Shown here: piece by piece, positions 25,448 to 52,152 of the stretch
How positions within the stretch are numbered: position 1 is the first letter of the stretch
Layout: each line of letters starts with the position of its first letter
Assembly: GCF_018977255.1 (NCBI RefSeq)
Contig: NW_024704749.1
Span: forward strand, 12,772,001 to 12,836,000
DNA length: 64,000 nucleotides
Origin: Callorhinchus milii
Taxonomy: Eukaryota
Direction of reading: 5' to 3'
Notes under the pieces: model-generated
What the model was told of the DNA's origin: nothing
Seen by the model: only the letters and a program-made list of their open reading frames with translations
Database searches by the model: none
Position numbers and translations under genes: made by a program

Positions 25448-25830
25448 TCCTGTCCCTCTCCCTCTCTCCTGTCTCCCTGTCTCCTTCCCTCTCTCCTGTC
25501 TCCTTCCCTCTCTCCTGTCTCCCTGTCTCCTTCCCTCTCTCCTACCCCTCTCCCTCTCTCCTGTCCCTCTCCCTCTCTCCTGTCCCTCTCCCTCTCCCTC
25601 TCTCCTGTCTCCCTGTCTCCTTCCCTCTCTCCTGCCCCTCTCCCTCTCTCCTGCCCCTCTCCCTCTCTCCTGCCCCTCTCCCTCTCTCCTGCCCCTCTCC
25701 CTCTCTCCTGCCCCCTCTCCCTCTCTCCTGCCCCTCTCCCTCTCTCCTGCCCCTCTCCCTCTCTCCTGTCTCCTTCCCTCTCTCCTGCCCCTCTCCCTCT
25801 CTCCTGCCCCTCTCCCTCTCTGCTCTCCCT
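25448..25830. repeat. Pyrimidine-rich minisatellite (CTCTCCCTCTCTCCTGCCC)n immediately upstream of the GGT5 ATG
   Basis: Tandem array visible directly. Confidence 0.9.
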
Positions 25831-25842
25831 CTCCCCCCCGCG

Positions 25843-28800
25843 ATGTTGCCGGAGCGGTTGCGGCGTTGCGGTTGTCCGGCTCTGGTGCTGCTGCTGTTCC
25901 TGGTGGCGGCGGCTGTGCTGTTGGGGACTCTGACCCGCAACGGGCGCTGTCCCGCACCGCACAGCTACAGACACGGCGCCGTGGCCGCTGACTCTCCGCT
26001 CTGCTCCCGCATCGGCAGGTAATCAATACCACAGGTGGCACTGGGGATCTGCACATCTGTGTGTGTGTGTGTGCACATCTGTGTGCACACATTGTGTGTG
26101 TGCACATGTGTGTGTGTGTGTGTTCACGTGTGTGCGCGCACATTGTGTGTGTGTGCACCATATCTGTGTGTGCACATGTGTGTGCGCACACATTGTGTGT
26201 GTGTTCACGTGTGTGTGCGCGCACATTGTGTGTGTGTGCACCATATCTGTGTGTGTGTGTGTGCACATATGTGTATGTATGTGTGTGTGCACCATAATAA
26301 TAATAATCCTTGCATTTGATATAGCGCTTTTCACGTCGGGAGGACGTCCCAAAGCGCTTCACAGAACACACTGTAAAGTGAATTGACTGTATATTTGTGG
26401 GCGAACGCGGCAGCCAATTGTGCACAGCAATGTCCCACAAACAGTCGTAGATTGAAAATGACCAATTTATTATTGTTTTTGGTTTTGGAGGGACTATTAT
26501 TAGGCTCTGTGTGGAGTAAGGAAACTTGCCCAAGGTTTCGCCCTCTGCCTGGAATTGAACTCAGGTCTCTCACTTGCAAAGCGAGTGCTCTAACCATTGA
26601 GCTACAGGACTCCACCATATCAGNNNNNNNNNNNNNNNNNNNNNNNNNNNNNNNNNNNNNNNNNNNNNNNNNNNNNNNNNNNNNNNNNNNNNNNNNNNNN
26701 NNNNNNNNNNNNNNNNNNNNNNNNNNNNNNNNNNNNNNNNNNNNNNNNNNNNNNNNNNNNNNNNNNGGTGGGGGGTTGTGAAGCAGAGTGTGTTTGTTTG
26801 GAAACTGCCCCAGAGTCAGGAACAATTATTCAAAGGTTCAAAAGCAAATCTCTGACTCTGGTTAATCGTTTACACTGAGTGTTTGTGCAATCAGCATCAC
26901 ATTACTACCTTCATTGTTATATTATTAATGAATAAAAATTAATTCATAATAATTAAGAGTGAGCAATCAGTGAGTCAACAATAGTGAGCAGCAAGTCAGT
27001 GATAGTGAATGGCATCACTAACAATAATAAACCTTGCATTTGGTATAGCACCTTATCACATTGTCAACACCTCTCAAATCGCTGTGCATTTTGTGGGTGA
27101 AACACAGCAGCCAATTGTACTCAGCAGTGTCTCGCAAACACTCATGGATTGAGTGACCAAGTTTATTTGAGGGATTGTTGGCCAGGACACGGTGGCGGAG
27201 GGGAGGGTGGGGGAGAGAGAAAAATTCCCTTCTGATGTCGAATAGCCTCACAGGATTTTAACCTCCAGCTGAACAAGCAGGACATCATCCTACTCAGCCT
27301 CCAGGAACCCTGCCAGCCGAGGCTCTGAAAGGTGGGGACACAGTGATCCCAAAATAAAGCTGTGTGGGTTTAGTTGGTCTTGCCAACTTGCAGCTAATAC
27401 TTTTCAGAATTAGGTAATCTGGGAATGTCCCTTGGGGGAGAGCGAATGCGCATATGCCATTTCCAGCGGGAATTTCCCGTAAGGCTCACAGGCTGTCAGC
27501 AGGGAGCCGCCCTCTCCCTCCCCCTCTCTCTCACTGCCAGGATTACTGCAGAAAGCCAAGTGTTTGCTCTGTTGTTCCAGTGATACCCTGCAGCGGGGCG
27601 GCTCGGCAGTCGATGGCGCTATTGCTGCTCTGATTTGCGATTCTCTGATGAACCCCCAGAGTATGGGCATCGGGGGCGGAGCCATCTTCACCCTTTATAA
27701 CGCGACAACAGGTACAACAACAACAACTTGTATTTACACATTGCCCCTCACCCGGCGGAGCATCCCCGAGTGCTTGATGGTGGCGGAGCACGTTGCCGAG
27801 CCGGTGGGGGAGGTGACCGTAGGCCCCCACCTACGTCTGCCGGCCTCCGCGGGGCAAATAGCAACAAACAACCTTCTCTTTGACCCATGGGAGAACATCT
27901 CAAAGGGCTTTACGGATTTCCTGTTTAGTGTAGTGACTGTTTTCCACGTAGTCCTACATTAGGGGAGCGAGTGCAGGGCGAGGTGGCGGCTCGCACTGCT
28001 GTCGAAGCGTCAGTTTCCCTCAGCCTCAGAGTTCAGGGTTTGCTGCCTGTGGTTAGGTGACAGCAGGCGCGAGGGTGAGAGGGGGACAGGGGCAGCGGGA
28101 CTCCCAACAGTGGGATAGAGAGAGAGAGATGGAGACAGAGAGGGGAGTGGGAGAGACAGAAAGTCAGAGAGAGGAAGAGACAAAGAGAGAGGGGGAGAGA
28201 GAGACCGATCAACAAGACAGGATGGCGGCCAGAGACGATGGGAAGACAGGAGTCATGCCCAGGAGAAGCCCCCAGTGCTGAACCTGCGGAAGCTGTTGTC
28301 CTGTTCCCACTATTACCAGTGAATGCAGAAACCTGCGACATATCTGAGTGGGTGTCATTTCCGCAGCTTCCCACATCTCTGCCTGTAGCAGTGTGTCTGT
28401 CAGCAGCTTTACTCAGCCCTCAGGGCAGCACATGTAGTGGCTTAGCTCTCAATCCTGTCACAGGAACAAGTGTGCGTTGTTACCTGCCCTGGAAATACAC
28501 AAAATATACAGTTAATTCCCTATATAACCTGTGAAGCGCTTTGAGATGTCTCAAAGTCATGATAATGCAACAGTTATTATTATTATTTGTGCCTGGTCAA
28601 TTGGACGTTATTCAAGGACGAGAGATTTTCGTGGTTGTTTGTGTAGAAAATAGGAAAATTACTAGCTTTGCCCACAAAAAGCCATTCTCTGCACATGACA
28701 GTAATTACGGTGCGGTTTTGAGGCGTATTGACTTGATAAGAACTTGATAAGATGCGATTATTTTATAACTTATATCTTAATACAGTATATTCGGTGAAGC

Positions 28801-31800
28801 GATTTGAGATGTCGCGAAGACGTGAAAAGCGCTATATCAAATTCAAGGATTATTATTATTATTATAACTTGTATTGTAACTTGCATTTTTGACAGAAATC
28901 CATCTGTCTCTTTAACCATCTGCTGGGGAGGCAGCGCCACTTTGTGCAGGGACTCGAGCATAGCAACCGCAGCACCTCCTGGTGCTGGTCTGGAACGTGG
29001 CAGGTGTCCCAAAACCAATGCAATCTTAAAAACCACAAGTACAATACAATACAAAGTACTACATTGATACAGTATCACATCTGTGTACAGTGTACAGGCT
29101 GTGCTGTGTGTACCTGTGTGTACAGTGTACAGGCTGTGCTGTGTGTAGCTGTGTGTACAGTGTACAGGCTGTGCTGTGTAGCTGTGTGTACAGTGTACAG
29201 GCTGTGCTGTGTAGCTGTGTGTACAGTGTACAGGCTGTGCTGTGTAGCTGTGTGTACAGTGTACAGGCTGTGCTGTGTGTACCTGTGTGTACAGTGTACA
29301 GGCTGTGCTGTGTGTAGCTGTGTGTACAGGCTGTGCTGTGTGTACCTGTGTGTACAGTGTACAGGCTGTGCTGTGTGTAGCTGTGTGTACAGGCTGTGCT
29401 GTGTGTACCTGTGTGTACAGTGTACAGGCTGTGCTGTGTGTACCTGTGTGTACAGTGTACAGGCTGTGCTGTGTAGCTGTGTGTACAGTGTACAGGCTGT
29501 GCTGTGTAGCTGTGTGTACAGTATTTGTCTGTTGCTGTTACAGGCAAGGTGACAGTGATAAACGCCAGAGAGACGGTCCCTCAGAACGTCAGAAGAAACC
29601 TCCTATCAGACTGTCATCCACATCGCTCACTGCAGCCAGGTAACACTCACACCCACTTCTGCTGTGTGCGCTCTGACTATCTGTCCCTCACAAGATGTGA
29701 AGGGCTGTGTGTGACACTCTCCCTCGCTCGGTGTGTGGTGTGTGTGTGTGTATGACTGTGTCTCTCTCACTAGGTGTGCAGTGGATCGCGGTGCCCGGTG
29801 AGCTCCGAGGCTATGAGCTTGCTCACCGGCTGCATGGCAAACTGCCCTGGAGATCACTGTTCGAGCCGTCCATCACCCTGGCCCGGCAAGGCTTCCCGGT
29901 GCCGCGCTACCTCAGCATGATCTTAAAGCAGCTTTTCTTAAGGTTTCCCTACATCCGCAACACATCTGTGTGGTGAGCACTGTCTGTAATTCACCCCCTC
30001 ACAGTGCCTGTACTGTACACCCTCACATTGCCTGTACTGTACACACTTACATTGCCTGTACTGTATACCCCCACATTTCTTGTATTGTACACTGTCGGTA
30101 CTCCTTTCAGCAGCGCGCGTGTGTGTGTAAGCATGTGTGTGTGTGTGTGTGTGAGCATGTATGTGTGTGTGCNNNNNNNNNNNNNNNNNNNNNNNNNNNN
30201 NNNNNNNNNNNNNNNNNNNNNNNNNNNNNNNNNNNNNNNNNNNNNNNNNNNNNNNNNNNNNNNNNNNNNNNNNNNNNNNNNNNNNNNNNNNNNNNNNNNN
30301 NNNNNNNNNNNNNNNNNNNNNNNNNNNNNNNNNNNNNNNNNNNNNNNNNNNNNNNNNNNNNNNNNNNNNNNNNNNNNNNNNNNNNNNNNNNNNNNNNNNN
30401 NNNNNNNNNNNNNNNNNNNNNNNNNNNNNNNAGAGCAAGCATGTGTGTGTGTGANNNNNNNNNNNNNNNNNNNNNNNNNNNNNNNNNNNNNNNNNNNNNN
30501 NNNNNNNNNNNNNNNNNNNNNNNNNNNNNNNNNNNNNNNNNNNNNNNNNNNNNNNNNNNNNNNNNNNNNNNNNNNNNNNNNNNNNNNNNNNNNNNTTTAT
30601 TCTGGACTACTCTGACACACTGTGGTTGCTGGTAGCTCGGTGCTGTGTAAGGACGGGGAGCCTGTGAAGGAAGGGGAGACGCTGCGTTTGCCAGTCCTCG
30701 CTGACACCCTGACCACCATCGCCCAACTTGGTGCTGATGCCTTCTACCAGGGACCAATAGCAAAGAAGCTGGTCAATGACATCCAGGCAGCAGGTACCTG
30801 TCAGGCCTAGGGTTGGGGCTGGAGGCTGGGGATTTGGTTGGGGATTGGGCTGGAGGCTGGGTTGGGGCTAACAATGTGGTCTCTCTGTGCAGGAGGCAAT
30901 CTTACAGCTGAAGATTTGAAGAGTTACCACAAGGCTCATCAGATGGAGCCACTCAACATTTCCTTGGGGGAATATCAGCTGTTCTCCCCACCCCCACCCT
31001 CAGGGGGAGTTGTTGTCAGCCTGATCCTCAACATACTGAAAGGTGTGTGTTTGTGTCCATCTGTCCGTGTCCATGTGTCTGTCCGTGTGCACTACATGGT
31101 GCGCACATGGACACAGACACATGGGTCAGGGCTGGGGCCTGGGGGCTGGAGTTGTTGCTGGGGTTGGGCTATTGTTCATGTGGTGTGAATGCTGAAGGTG
31201 AAGCTTGCTGTATGTACAGGCTATGGGTTCAGTCCTGACTCTCTGTCGGAGAGCGAGAAGGTACAGACTTACCATCGGGTCATCGAGGCCTTAAAGTTTG
31301 GAAACGGACAACAATTCAGCCTCCAGGACTCGGCCTTCCACAACATGAGCAAGGTGAGTGTTTCCCTGTGTCCCTATCGCCGCTGTTGCTGTGGTTCTCA
31401 TTGCCGTGGTGGTGCTGTTGACCATGTCCCTGATGTAGGTGACCAGGCTGCTGACTGATGGCTTTGCGGCTGAGCAGCGAGCGAGGATCACAGACCAGTC
31501 ACAGCCCCCGCAATATTACAGCCTGAGTGACTCCCGGCCCGACACCTACGGCACCGCCCACATCGCGGTGATGGACATCAATGGCAATGGCGTGTCTGTC
31601 ACCAGCAGCATCAATCACCTGTGAGTACCGCAGTGTGGGCGGTGCTGTGGACAGTGGGTGGAGCTGTGGGCAGTGGGCAGGGCTGGGGCAATGGGTGGAG
31701 TCGTGGGGCGGGGATGGCGCGGTGGGTGGGTCAATGGGTGGGGTCGTGGGGCGGGGATGGCGCTGTGGGTGGGGCTGTGGTTGGGTGGGGCAGTGGGCGG

Positions 31801-34372
31801 GGCTGTGGGTGGGGCTGTGGTTGGGTGGGACAGTGGGCAGGGCTGTGGGTGGGTGGGGCAGTGGGCAGGGCTGTGGGTGGGTGGGGCAGTGGGTGGGCCT
31901 GTGCTGACTCTGCCCTCCTCCCTTCTCCAGGTTTGGCTCTATGTTTGTGTCGGAGACGACGGGTGTGATCCTCAACAACCAACTCGCGGACTTCTGTCTG
32001 GACCGGGGGGAGCCGATGCAACCAGGTACACGTCACGCTAACACACGCTACACAAGCAGACACACGCAGACACACGCCAACACACGCTAGCACAAGCAGA
32101 CACACGCTAACTCACGCAGACACACGCCAACACATGCTAGCACAAGCAGACACACACTAACACACGCAGACACACGCCAACACACGCTAACACAAGCAGA
32201 CACACGCTAACACACGCAGACACACGCCAACACACGCTAGCACATGTAGACACACGCTAACACATGCAGACACACGCCAACACACGCTAGCACAAGCAGA
32301 CACATGTAGACTCACGCTAACACATGCAGACACACGCCAACACACGCTAGCACAAGCAGAAACACATGCTAACAGAGCCAGGCGTCACGGTCACACTAAC
32401 ACACGAGCCCCACACAGTGAGTTGTCAGAAACAGGCACAGCCCTCTCACTTTCCCTCTCTATTCTCTCTCGCTCCCCACCTCTCTCCATCCCCCACTCTC
32501 TCTCACACTCTCCTTCCCCCCACTCTCTCTCCCCCTTTCTCTCTCCCCACTCCCCACATACACTCTCTCTCCCTCCTCTCTCTCACCCCCTCTTCCCCTC
32601 ACTCTCCCCACCCCCTCCTCACTCTCTCTCTCTCTCTCTGTGCAGGGGAGCAGCCTCCCTCGGCTATGACCCCAGTGGTGTTGACGACTGGTGATGGACA
32701 CTCAGTGCTACTGGTGGGGGCTTCGGGGGGCAGCATGATCATCAGTGCCGTCACCCAGGTCTCTGTGGGGTAGGGGGGCTGTGTGTATGTGGGGGGGCAC
32801 TGTTGGTGTGTGGGGGCAGTGTGTGTGTGGGTGGGGTGGTTTGTGTCTGTGTGGGGGGAGGGGCAGTGTGTGTGTGTGTGTTGGGTTTGGGGGGGCAGTG
32901 CATCTGTGAGGGGGGGGCAGTGTGTGTGTGTGTGGGGCGCGGGCAGTGTGTGTGTGGGGAGGGGCAGTGTGTGTGGGGTGGGGCGCGGGCAGTGTGTGTG
33001 TGTGGGGTGGGGCGCGGGCAGTGTGTGTGTGGGGTGGGGGGGGGATTTTGTGTGTGGGGGGGGAGGGGCAGTGTGTGTGTGTGTTGGGTTTGGGGGGCAG
33101 TGCGTCTGTGGGGGGGGGCAGTGTGTGTGTGTGGGGTGGGGCGCGGGCAGTATGTGTGCGGGGCGGGGGGGGGATTTTGTGTGTGTGGGGGGAGGGGCAG
33201 AGTGTGGTGGGGAGGGGGGGGGGGGGGGCGCAGGTCTGTGGCTGACCAGACCTGACATCGCCCTTAGGTTGTGATGAACAAGCTGTGGTTCGGGTTGGAC
33301 ATGAAGCAGGCGATTGAGGCGAAAAGGTTTCACGTGAAATCATCCAACGAGGTGCAGTTTGAGGAGCAATTTGATAAGGTAAATTTCCCAGAGCAATGGA
33401 ATCCCCTGGCCTCTCCCTCTTTCTCTCTCATACACATTCACACTCTCCGTATCACACTCTCTCTCCTCCTTTCTCTCTTTCGCTCTCTCTCTCCCCCCCT
33501 CTCCCCCATCTCTATCTCCCTCTCACTCACAACAAAAAAACAACATTTGTATAGTGCCTTTCACGTCAGGAGGATGTCCCAAGGTGCTGGACAATCAGTG
33601 TTTCAGACCCGAGCTGGGGGTCGGGAGCGGGGATGGTGATGTGCAGGGGGGGAAGGAGGGTGATCGAAAGCACGGTCGAAGAGGAGAATCTTGAGACAGG
33701 TCTTGAAGGAGGCAAGGGAGGGGGTGAGGCGGCGAGACTGTGGGATGGAGTTCCAGAGTGGGGAGGGGGGCAGAGTAGGTGAAGGCCCACGCGCCAAAGG
33801 TGGGGCAGACGAGACGGGGGACGTGAAGCAGGCCAGAGCCCGCTGAGCGGAGGGAGCGAGCAGGATGGTATGTGGTACAGTAGGTCACAGAGGTAGGTGG
33901 GAACAAGGCCATGGAGGGCTTTGAAGGTGAGGACCAGGATCTTGAACTGTATCCTCTGTGTGATGGGAAGCCAGTGGAGTCGGGCGAGGTTGGGGGTGAT
34001 GGGGTCACAGAGGCTGGTGCGAGAGAGGACACGGGCTGCAGAGTTCTGGATCATCTGCAGTATGCGGAGGGAGGAGTTTGCATAGTCCAGCCTGAAGGTT
34101 ATGACACTGTGTCTCCCTTTTTCCCCTCTCTCTCACAATCTCTCTCGCACACTCTCTCGCACACACCCTCTCTCACACACACCCTTTCTAGCACAGACCC
34201 TCTCTCACACCCTCTCTCTCTGCAGACAGTCATTAGGAAACTCGAAGAACGGAAGCACAAGGTTGTGAAACCTGAGCTATTGCTGCCTATTGTTCAGGGA
34301 ATTTTCCGGAATCAGGGTTGTATCCAGGCCGTGTCCGACAGCCGAAAAATGGGGGATTCAGATGGATACTAG
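25843..34372 (+). CDS. GGT5: Gamma-glutamyltransferase 5 (glutathione hydrolase 5 proenzyme), 12 exons, 563 aa
   Basis: Exons 25843-26018, 27581-27711, 29544-29639, 29774-29972, 30636-30793, 30893-31042, 31220-31353, 31439-31620, 31931-32025, 32646-32758, 33268-33378, 34226-34372, all in phase. N-terminal TM anchor, [37 protein letters not shown], catalytic [12 protein letters not shown] with a short lid region, [18 protein letters not shown] and AVSDSRK fit GGT5 rather than GGT1. Confidence 0.92.
26293..26617 (-). mobile_element. Young tRNA-derived SINE in GGT5 intron 1
   Basis: Near-identical reverse complement of 11679-11997. Confidence 0.9.
29080..29522. repeat. Minisatellite (CTGTGTGTACAGTGTACAGGCTGTGCTGTGTAG)n in GGT5 intron 2
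   Basis: Tandem array visible directly. Confidence 0.95.
32030..32370. repeat. 10-bp-period CACACGCTAA/CACAAGCAGA satellite in GGT5 intron 9
   Basis: Tandem array visible directly. Confidence 0.9.
33533..34100 (-). mobile_element. L2 LINE 3' fragment in GGT5 intron 11
   Basis: [15 protein letters not shown]...[32 protein letters not shown] is the typical L2 ORF2 C-terminus. Confidence 0.9.
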
Positions 34373-34793
34373 TGAGAGGGAGAGAGAGAACAAGAGGGAG
34401 AGCGAGAGGGAGCCACACAGCAATCACACACAGCCATATTGCAATCATACATATCCACATGTGATAATCAGACAAACATGCTGAGCCTGTTTAGGTTTTA
34501 TCCTTTTTGTTGATCAGTCAGTGTTTGACACACAAAAACACAGAGGCAGAATTCAGACTAATCCTCGCGGTTCCTTGTTAATCGGCATCGGTGTAATTAA
34601 CCTGTTCCTTAATCAGGAATGTCTCACACAATATCCTATTTTTCTTCAATGACTGAAAATGGCTGTTTCTCTATTGACTGAAGTGTTGTCGTCGTCGTTA
34701 CGAGATGGTGACCGGATGATACACACATGTACATTATTACTATGATGGCAGAATTTATTTTAAACTGTGAACTTTTTATGTCTATTTTCATAC

Positions 34794-34799
34794 AATAAA
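34794..34799 (+). terminator. AATAAA polyadenylation signal of GGT5
   Basis: AATAAA with overlapping ATTAAA about 420 nt after the stop, followed by GT/T-rich sequence. Confidence 0.7.
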
Positions 34800-35028
34800 T
34801 TAAAACATCTGTTTTGCTGGTTTGTTTCTGTGCTTCTGTCTTTCACAGAGCGCGAGGGGTGTGGGCGATGTGTTTGTGTGGATTGAGGGTGTGTGTGGTG
34901 TGTGGGGGAATGTGGTGTAGGAGGGGAAGGGGCTGCGTGAAGGGAGAGGGATGTGTGGGGGGAGGAGGGGAATGTGGGGGGGAGGTGTGTGTGGGGGAGG
35001 GGTGGGTGTGGGGGGGATATGTAGTGTC

Positions 35029-35349
35029 GTGGAGTCCTGTAGCTCAGTGTTTAGAGCACTCGCTTTGCAAGAGACCTGAGTTCAATTCCAGGCAGAGGGC
35101 GAAACCTCGGGCAAGTTTCCTTACTCCACACAGAGCCTAATAATAATCCCTCCAAAACCAAAAACAATAATAAATTGGTCATTTTCAATTTACGACTGTT
35201 TGTGGGACATTGCTGTGCGCAATTGGCTGCCGCGTTCGCCCACAAATATACAGTCAATTCACTTTACAGTATAACCTGTGAAGCGCTTTGGGACGTCCTC
35301 CCGACGTGAAAAGCGCTATATCAAATGCAAGGATTATTATTATTATTAT
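35029..35349 (+). mobile_element. Young tRNA-derived SINE between GGT5 and GGT1-A
   Basis: Near-identical to 11679-11997. Confidence 0.9.
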
Positions 35350-35432
35350 ATGTGGAGTGGGAGGGGTGTGCGGGGGAGGAGTTATGTGGAGGGGAGGGGT
35401 GTGGGGGAGGGGTTAGTGGGGGAAGAGGGGGC

Positions 35433-41902
<6,470 letters not shown>

Positions 41903-43861
41903 TGTCCTGAGGGTACAGAGTGGGACGTTACAGCACTCGCCTCACAAGCCAGAGGATCTGGGTTCGATTTCCGGCAGTTTCTTTGCCTCTGTGTTTGGGA
42001 GCTTGTAAACCAGACGTCAGGACAACCAGCAAATGGGAATCATTGGGTTTCAGGCGATTGAAAGCCTTGGCTTTGCTGGTATCAACACCCATATCCATCA
42101 CTGTGATCAGCCAGTGACTGACACATGCCTCACCATGATCGGGCAGATAGCACTCTCACCCCCAGCCCTACCCTACCCACCCCCCCCAGCCCAGCCCTTC
42201 CCAACCCCCCAGCCCTACCCACTGCCCTACCCACCCCCCCCAGCCCTACCCACCCCCCCAGCCCTTCCCAACCCCCCAGCCCTACCCACCGCCCCTAGCC
42301 CTACGCAACATCCCCCAGCCCTACCCACCTACCCTCAATCCTACCCACTTCCCCCAGCCCACTGCAGAGGCGTGTGGAGTAAGGAAACTTGCCCAACATG
42401 TCACGCTATCGGGAATGAAACCCAGGTCTCTCACTTGCGAGGCGAGTGCTCTAACCACTGAGCTACAGGACCCCACACGCCTCAATAATAATCCTAGTGT
42501 TAAGATACAGTACCTCATTACAGCATCGAGACAGCTCAAAGAGCTTCACAGGAATCAAGTATATTTTGTAGCCAAACACAACAGGTGATTTACGTAGAGT
42601 GATGTGGCATGAACAGCCGTACGGTCAGTTTGGCTGGGACCCTGGGACAGGAAAACCCCCTTCTCTTTTCAGAGAATGCCACTTGAACTGACCGCGCTCA
42701 GTGTAACACCTTCGACCAACATCAGGCCAGTTGTGAACCTTTGACAATAAGCTCAGTGCTTCTCACCTGCTCACCAGCCACTGTCTGTAACAGTCACACT
42801 GACACCAGCCGTTGCCTGTAACAGTCACACTAACAACATCCTCTGCTTGTAACAGTCAGAACCGTTCGTGTGACGATTTCTAACAGACACACGTTAGTTA
42901 AAACGCATCAGTTTCCAACAGAGAACCCATCACTTACTTTATTGATGTTTTAAAAAAATTCCCAAAATATATTAAAACATACATTTCAGCAAAAACACAG
43001 AAAATAAAATTAATTTAGGTTTTTACCTCGTTTTTGATTTAACGTCATGAAAATCCAGGAGGAAAACAATTGGGATCTTGTTGCTGGGAATGAGGAGTGC
43101 TGCTAGTTGGGCTGAGGATATAAAGGTGCTAAGGCGTGTGAAGGGTGGGGTAGGGGGGGTCAGGCCTGGAAACAGCCCAATGACAGAGATTTCTGGAGAG
43201 AGGCACAGACTCTGGAATCAGTCTGTTAATATTTAACATGGGCAGACTGAAGGTCAGATTGACAATGTAATCATTTACTCTTTCATTTGTTAAATTTAAG
43301 CAGTAAATCATTGACACTGAACTTGAGCTTTTTCACTTTTACCTGATCAAACAGAATGGGTGTCAGTTTGATTATTTGATATCGGTACCTGGGTCAGTGT
43401 CCGCCGGTCAAGGGTCACCAGGCAGGGTTTCAGGGTCGGCGGTCACCAGGGAGGGGGTCAGGGTCGGGGGCACAAGATGGAGATGAAGATGGAGACCATG
43501 CCCACCACTCCACCTGCCTGGGATCCCCTCACCGTTGCTCTGTGCTTTGGCTCCCTGGTTGTAACCTGTCTGGCTTTAATGTTGGTCTCGGTTTGGTGAC
43601 CATGGACCCAGCCCTGGTAGCTCAGTAATCAAGGATGGGGCGGGGGGTTTGCGAGTAACCTGCCGGGGTGGCTGCGAGGTCTGGGGGTGGGGGGGGGGGC
43701 AGTAACTTGTGGGGGGCGGCGGGGGGTGGGGTGGGTGTCCAGTGTAGCTGTGATATCCATGTGGTCGTGGTGTGGAGGTGACCACATACCCAAGTCCTTG
43801 TGGGAGTTCAGTAACCTGTGGGGCAGTGTGTCCTGTGTGTGGCAGGCAGGTGGGGTGGGGC

Positions 43862-50976
<7,115 letters not shown>

Positions 50977-51811
50977 GTTTCTGCCGAGAAAGAGGGATCC
51001 GGAATCACACAATACAATACAATGTTACATCTGCGAAGCTCCGTTCACATTGGGAGGAGCGACACAGCCACCCTCAGTCCTCCCCACCCACCCCCCAAGC
51101 CGAAGAAAACGGTTCCCTTCGGAATGCTGATCAGACAAATCAGACGCAAAGTTTTGATGACTGTTTCCCCTCACTCCGGGGACACCATTAGCCTCAATTT
51201 CTTGGTGTCGTTGCTCCCTCTTACACCTGTGTTTTGTGTTGAACTCACTCACACTCTCTTTCTCTCTCTCACTGTCACTCACACTCTCTCTCAAACTCTC
51301 AATCACACTCTCTCACTCTCTCTCTCACTCTCTCTCACGCTTTCACACTCTCTCTCACACACTCTCTCTCACACATTCACTCACACCATCTTACACACTC
51401 TCATACTCTCACACACACTCTCTCACACTCTCTAACACCATCTCAACTCACATACCCTCTCACACTCACACTCTCTCACACCCTCTCACACTTACACACT
51501 CTCCGAACCCTCTCACACTCTCTCACACTCACACACCCTCTCACACTCTCTCACACTCAGGCAGTTACAGGTCACTGGTTAGGTGGCTTGGCGCTGTGCA
51601 GCACATTCCCACCTGTGCGTTAGGCTGTGAGGGGTCGGTCGAGCCTCCTCTCTGAGGCTCATCCTCACCTGAGACGTTAACTCAAGCTTCTATCTGACGG
51701 TTTTGACCCAGAGACACTTATTCTTATTTTTTTTAAAAAACTCCAACTTTCTGCCTTCCTCTTCCTCCCTGAGGCTCCGCCACTGTCAAACGTTGCCGTG
51801 TGTGAGGGGCG

Positions 51812-52152
51812 CTGAGTCCTGTAGCTCAGTTGTTGGAGTTCTCGCCTCACAAGTGAGAGTCCTGGGTTCGATTCTTGAGCAAGGTGAAACGTTGGCCAAG
51901 TTTCCTTACTCCACACGCCCCTGTTTACCAGCAGTAAGTAGGAACCCGGTTGTTAGTCAATTGGCGGATGGCTTTTCCAGGGGAAATAATCCTTTAAAAA
52001 AAACAATTTGGTCACTCAATCCATGACTGTTTGTGAGAGACTGCTGTGTGCAATTGGCTGCTGCGTTTCACCTACAAAATATACAGACAATTAATTTTAC
52101 AGTATATTCTGTGAAGTGCTTTGAGTCATCACGAAGACATGATACCGCTATA
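51812..52152 (+). mobile_element. tRNA-derived SINE
   Basis: GAGTCCTGTAGCTCAG head and family body. Confidence 0.8.

Noticed and set aside
25430-26533. 367-aa minus-strand ORF
   Set aside because: Composite of SINE, CA microsatellite, antisense GGT5 exon 1 and a GA-rich repeat.
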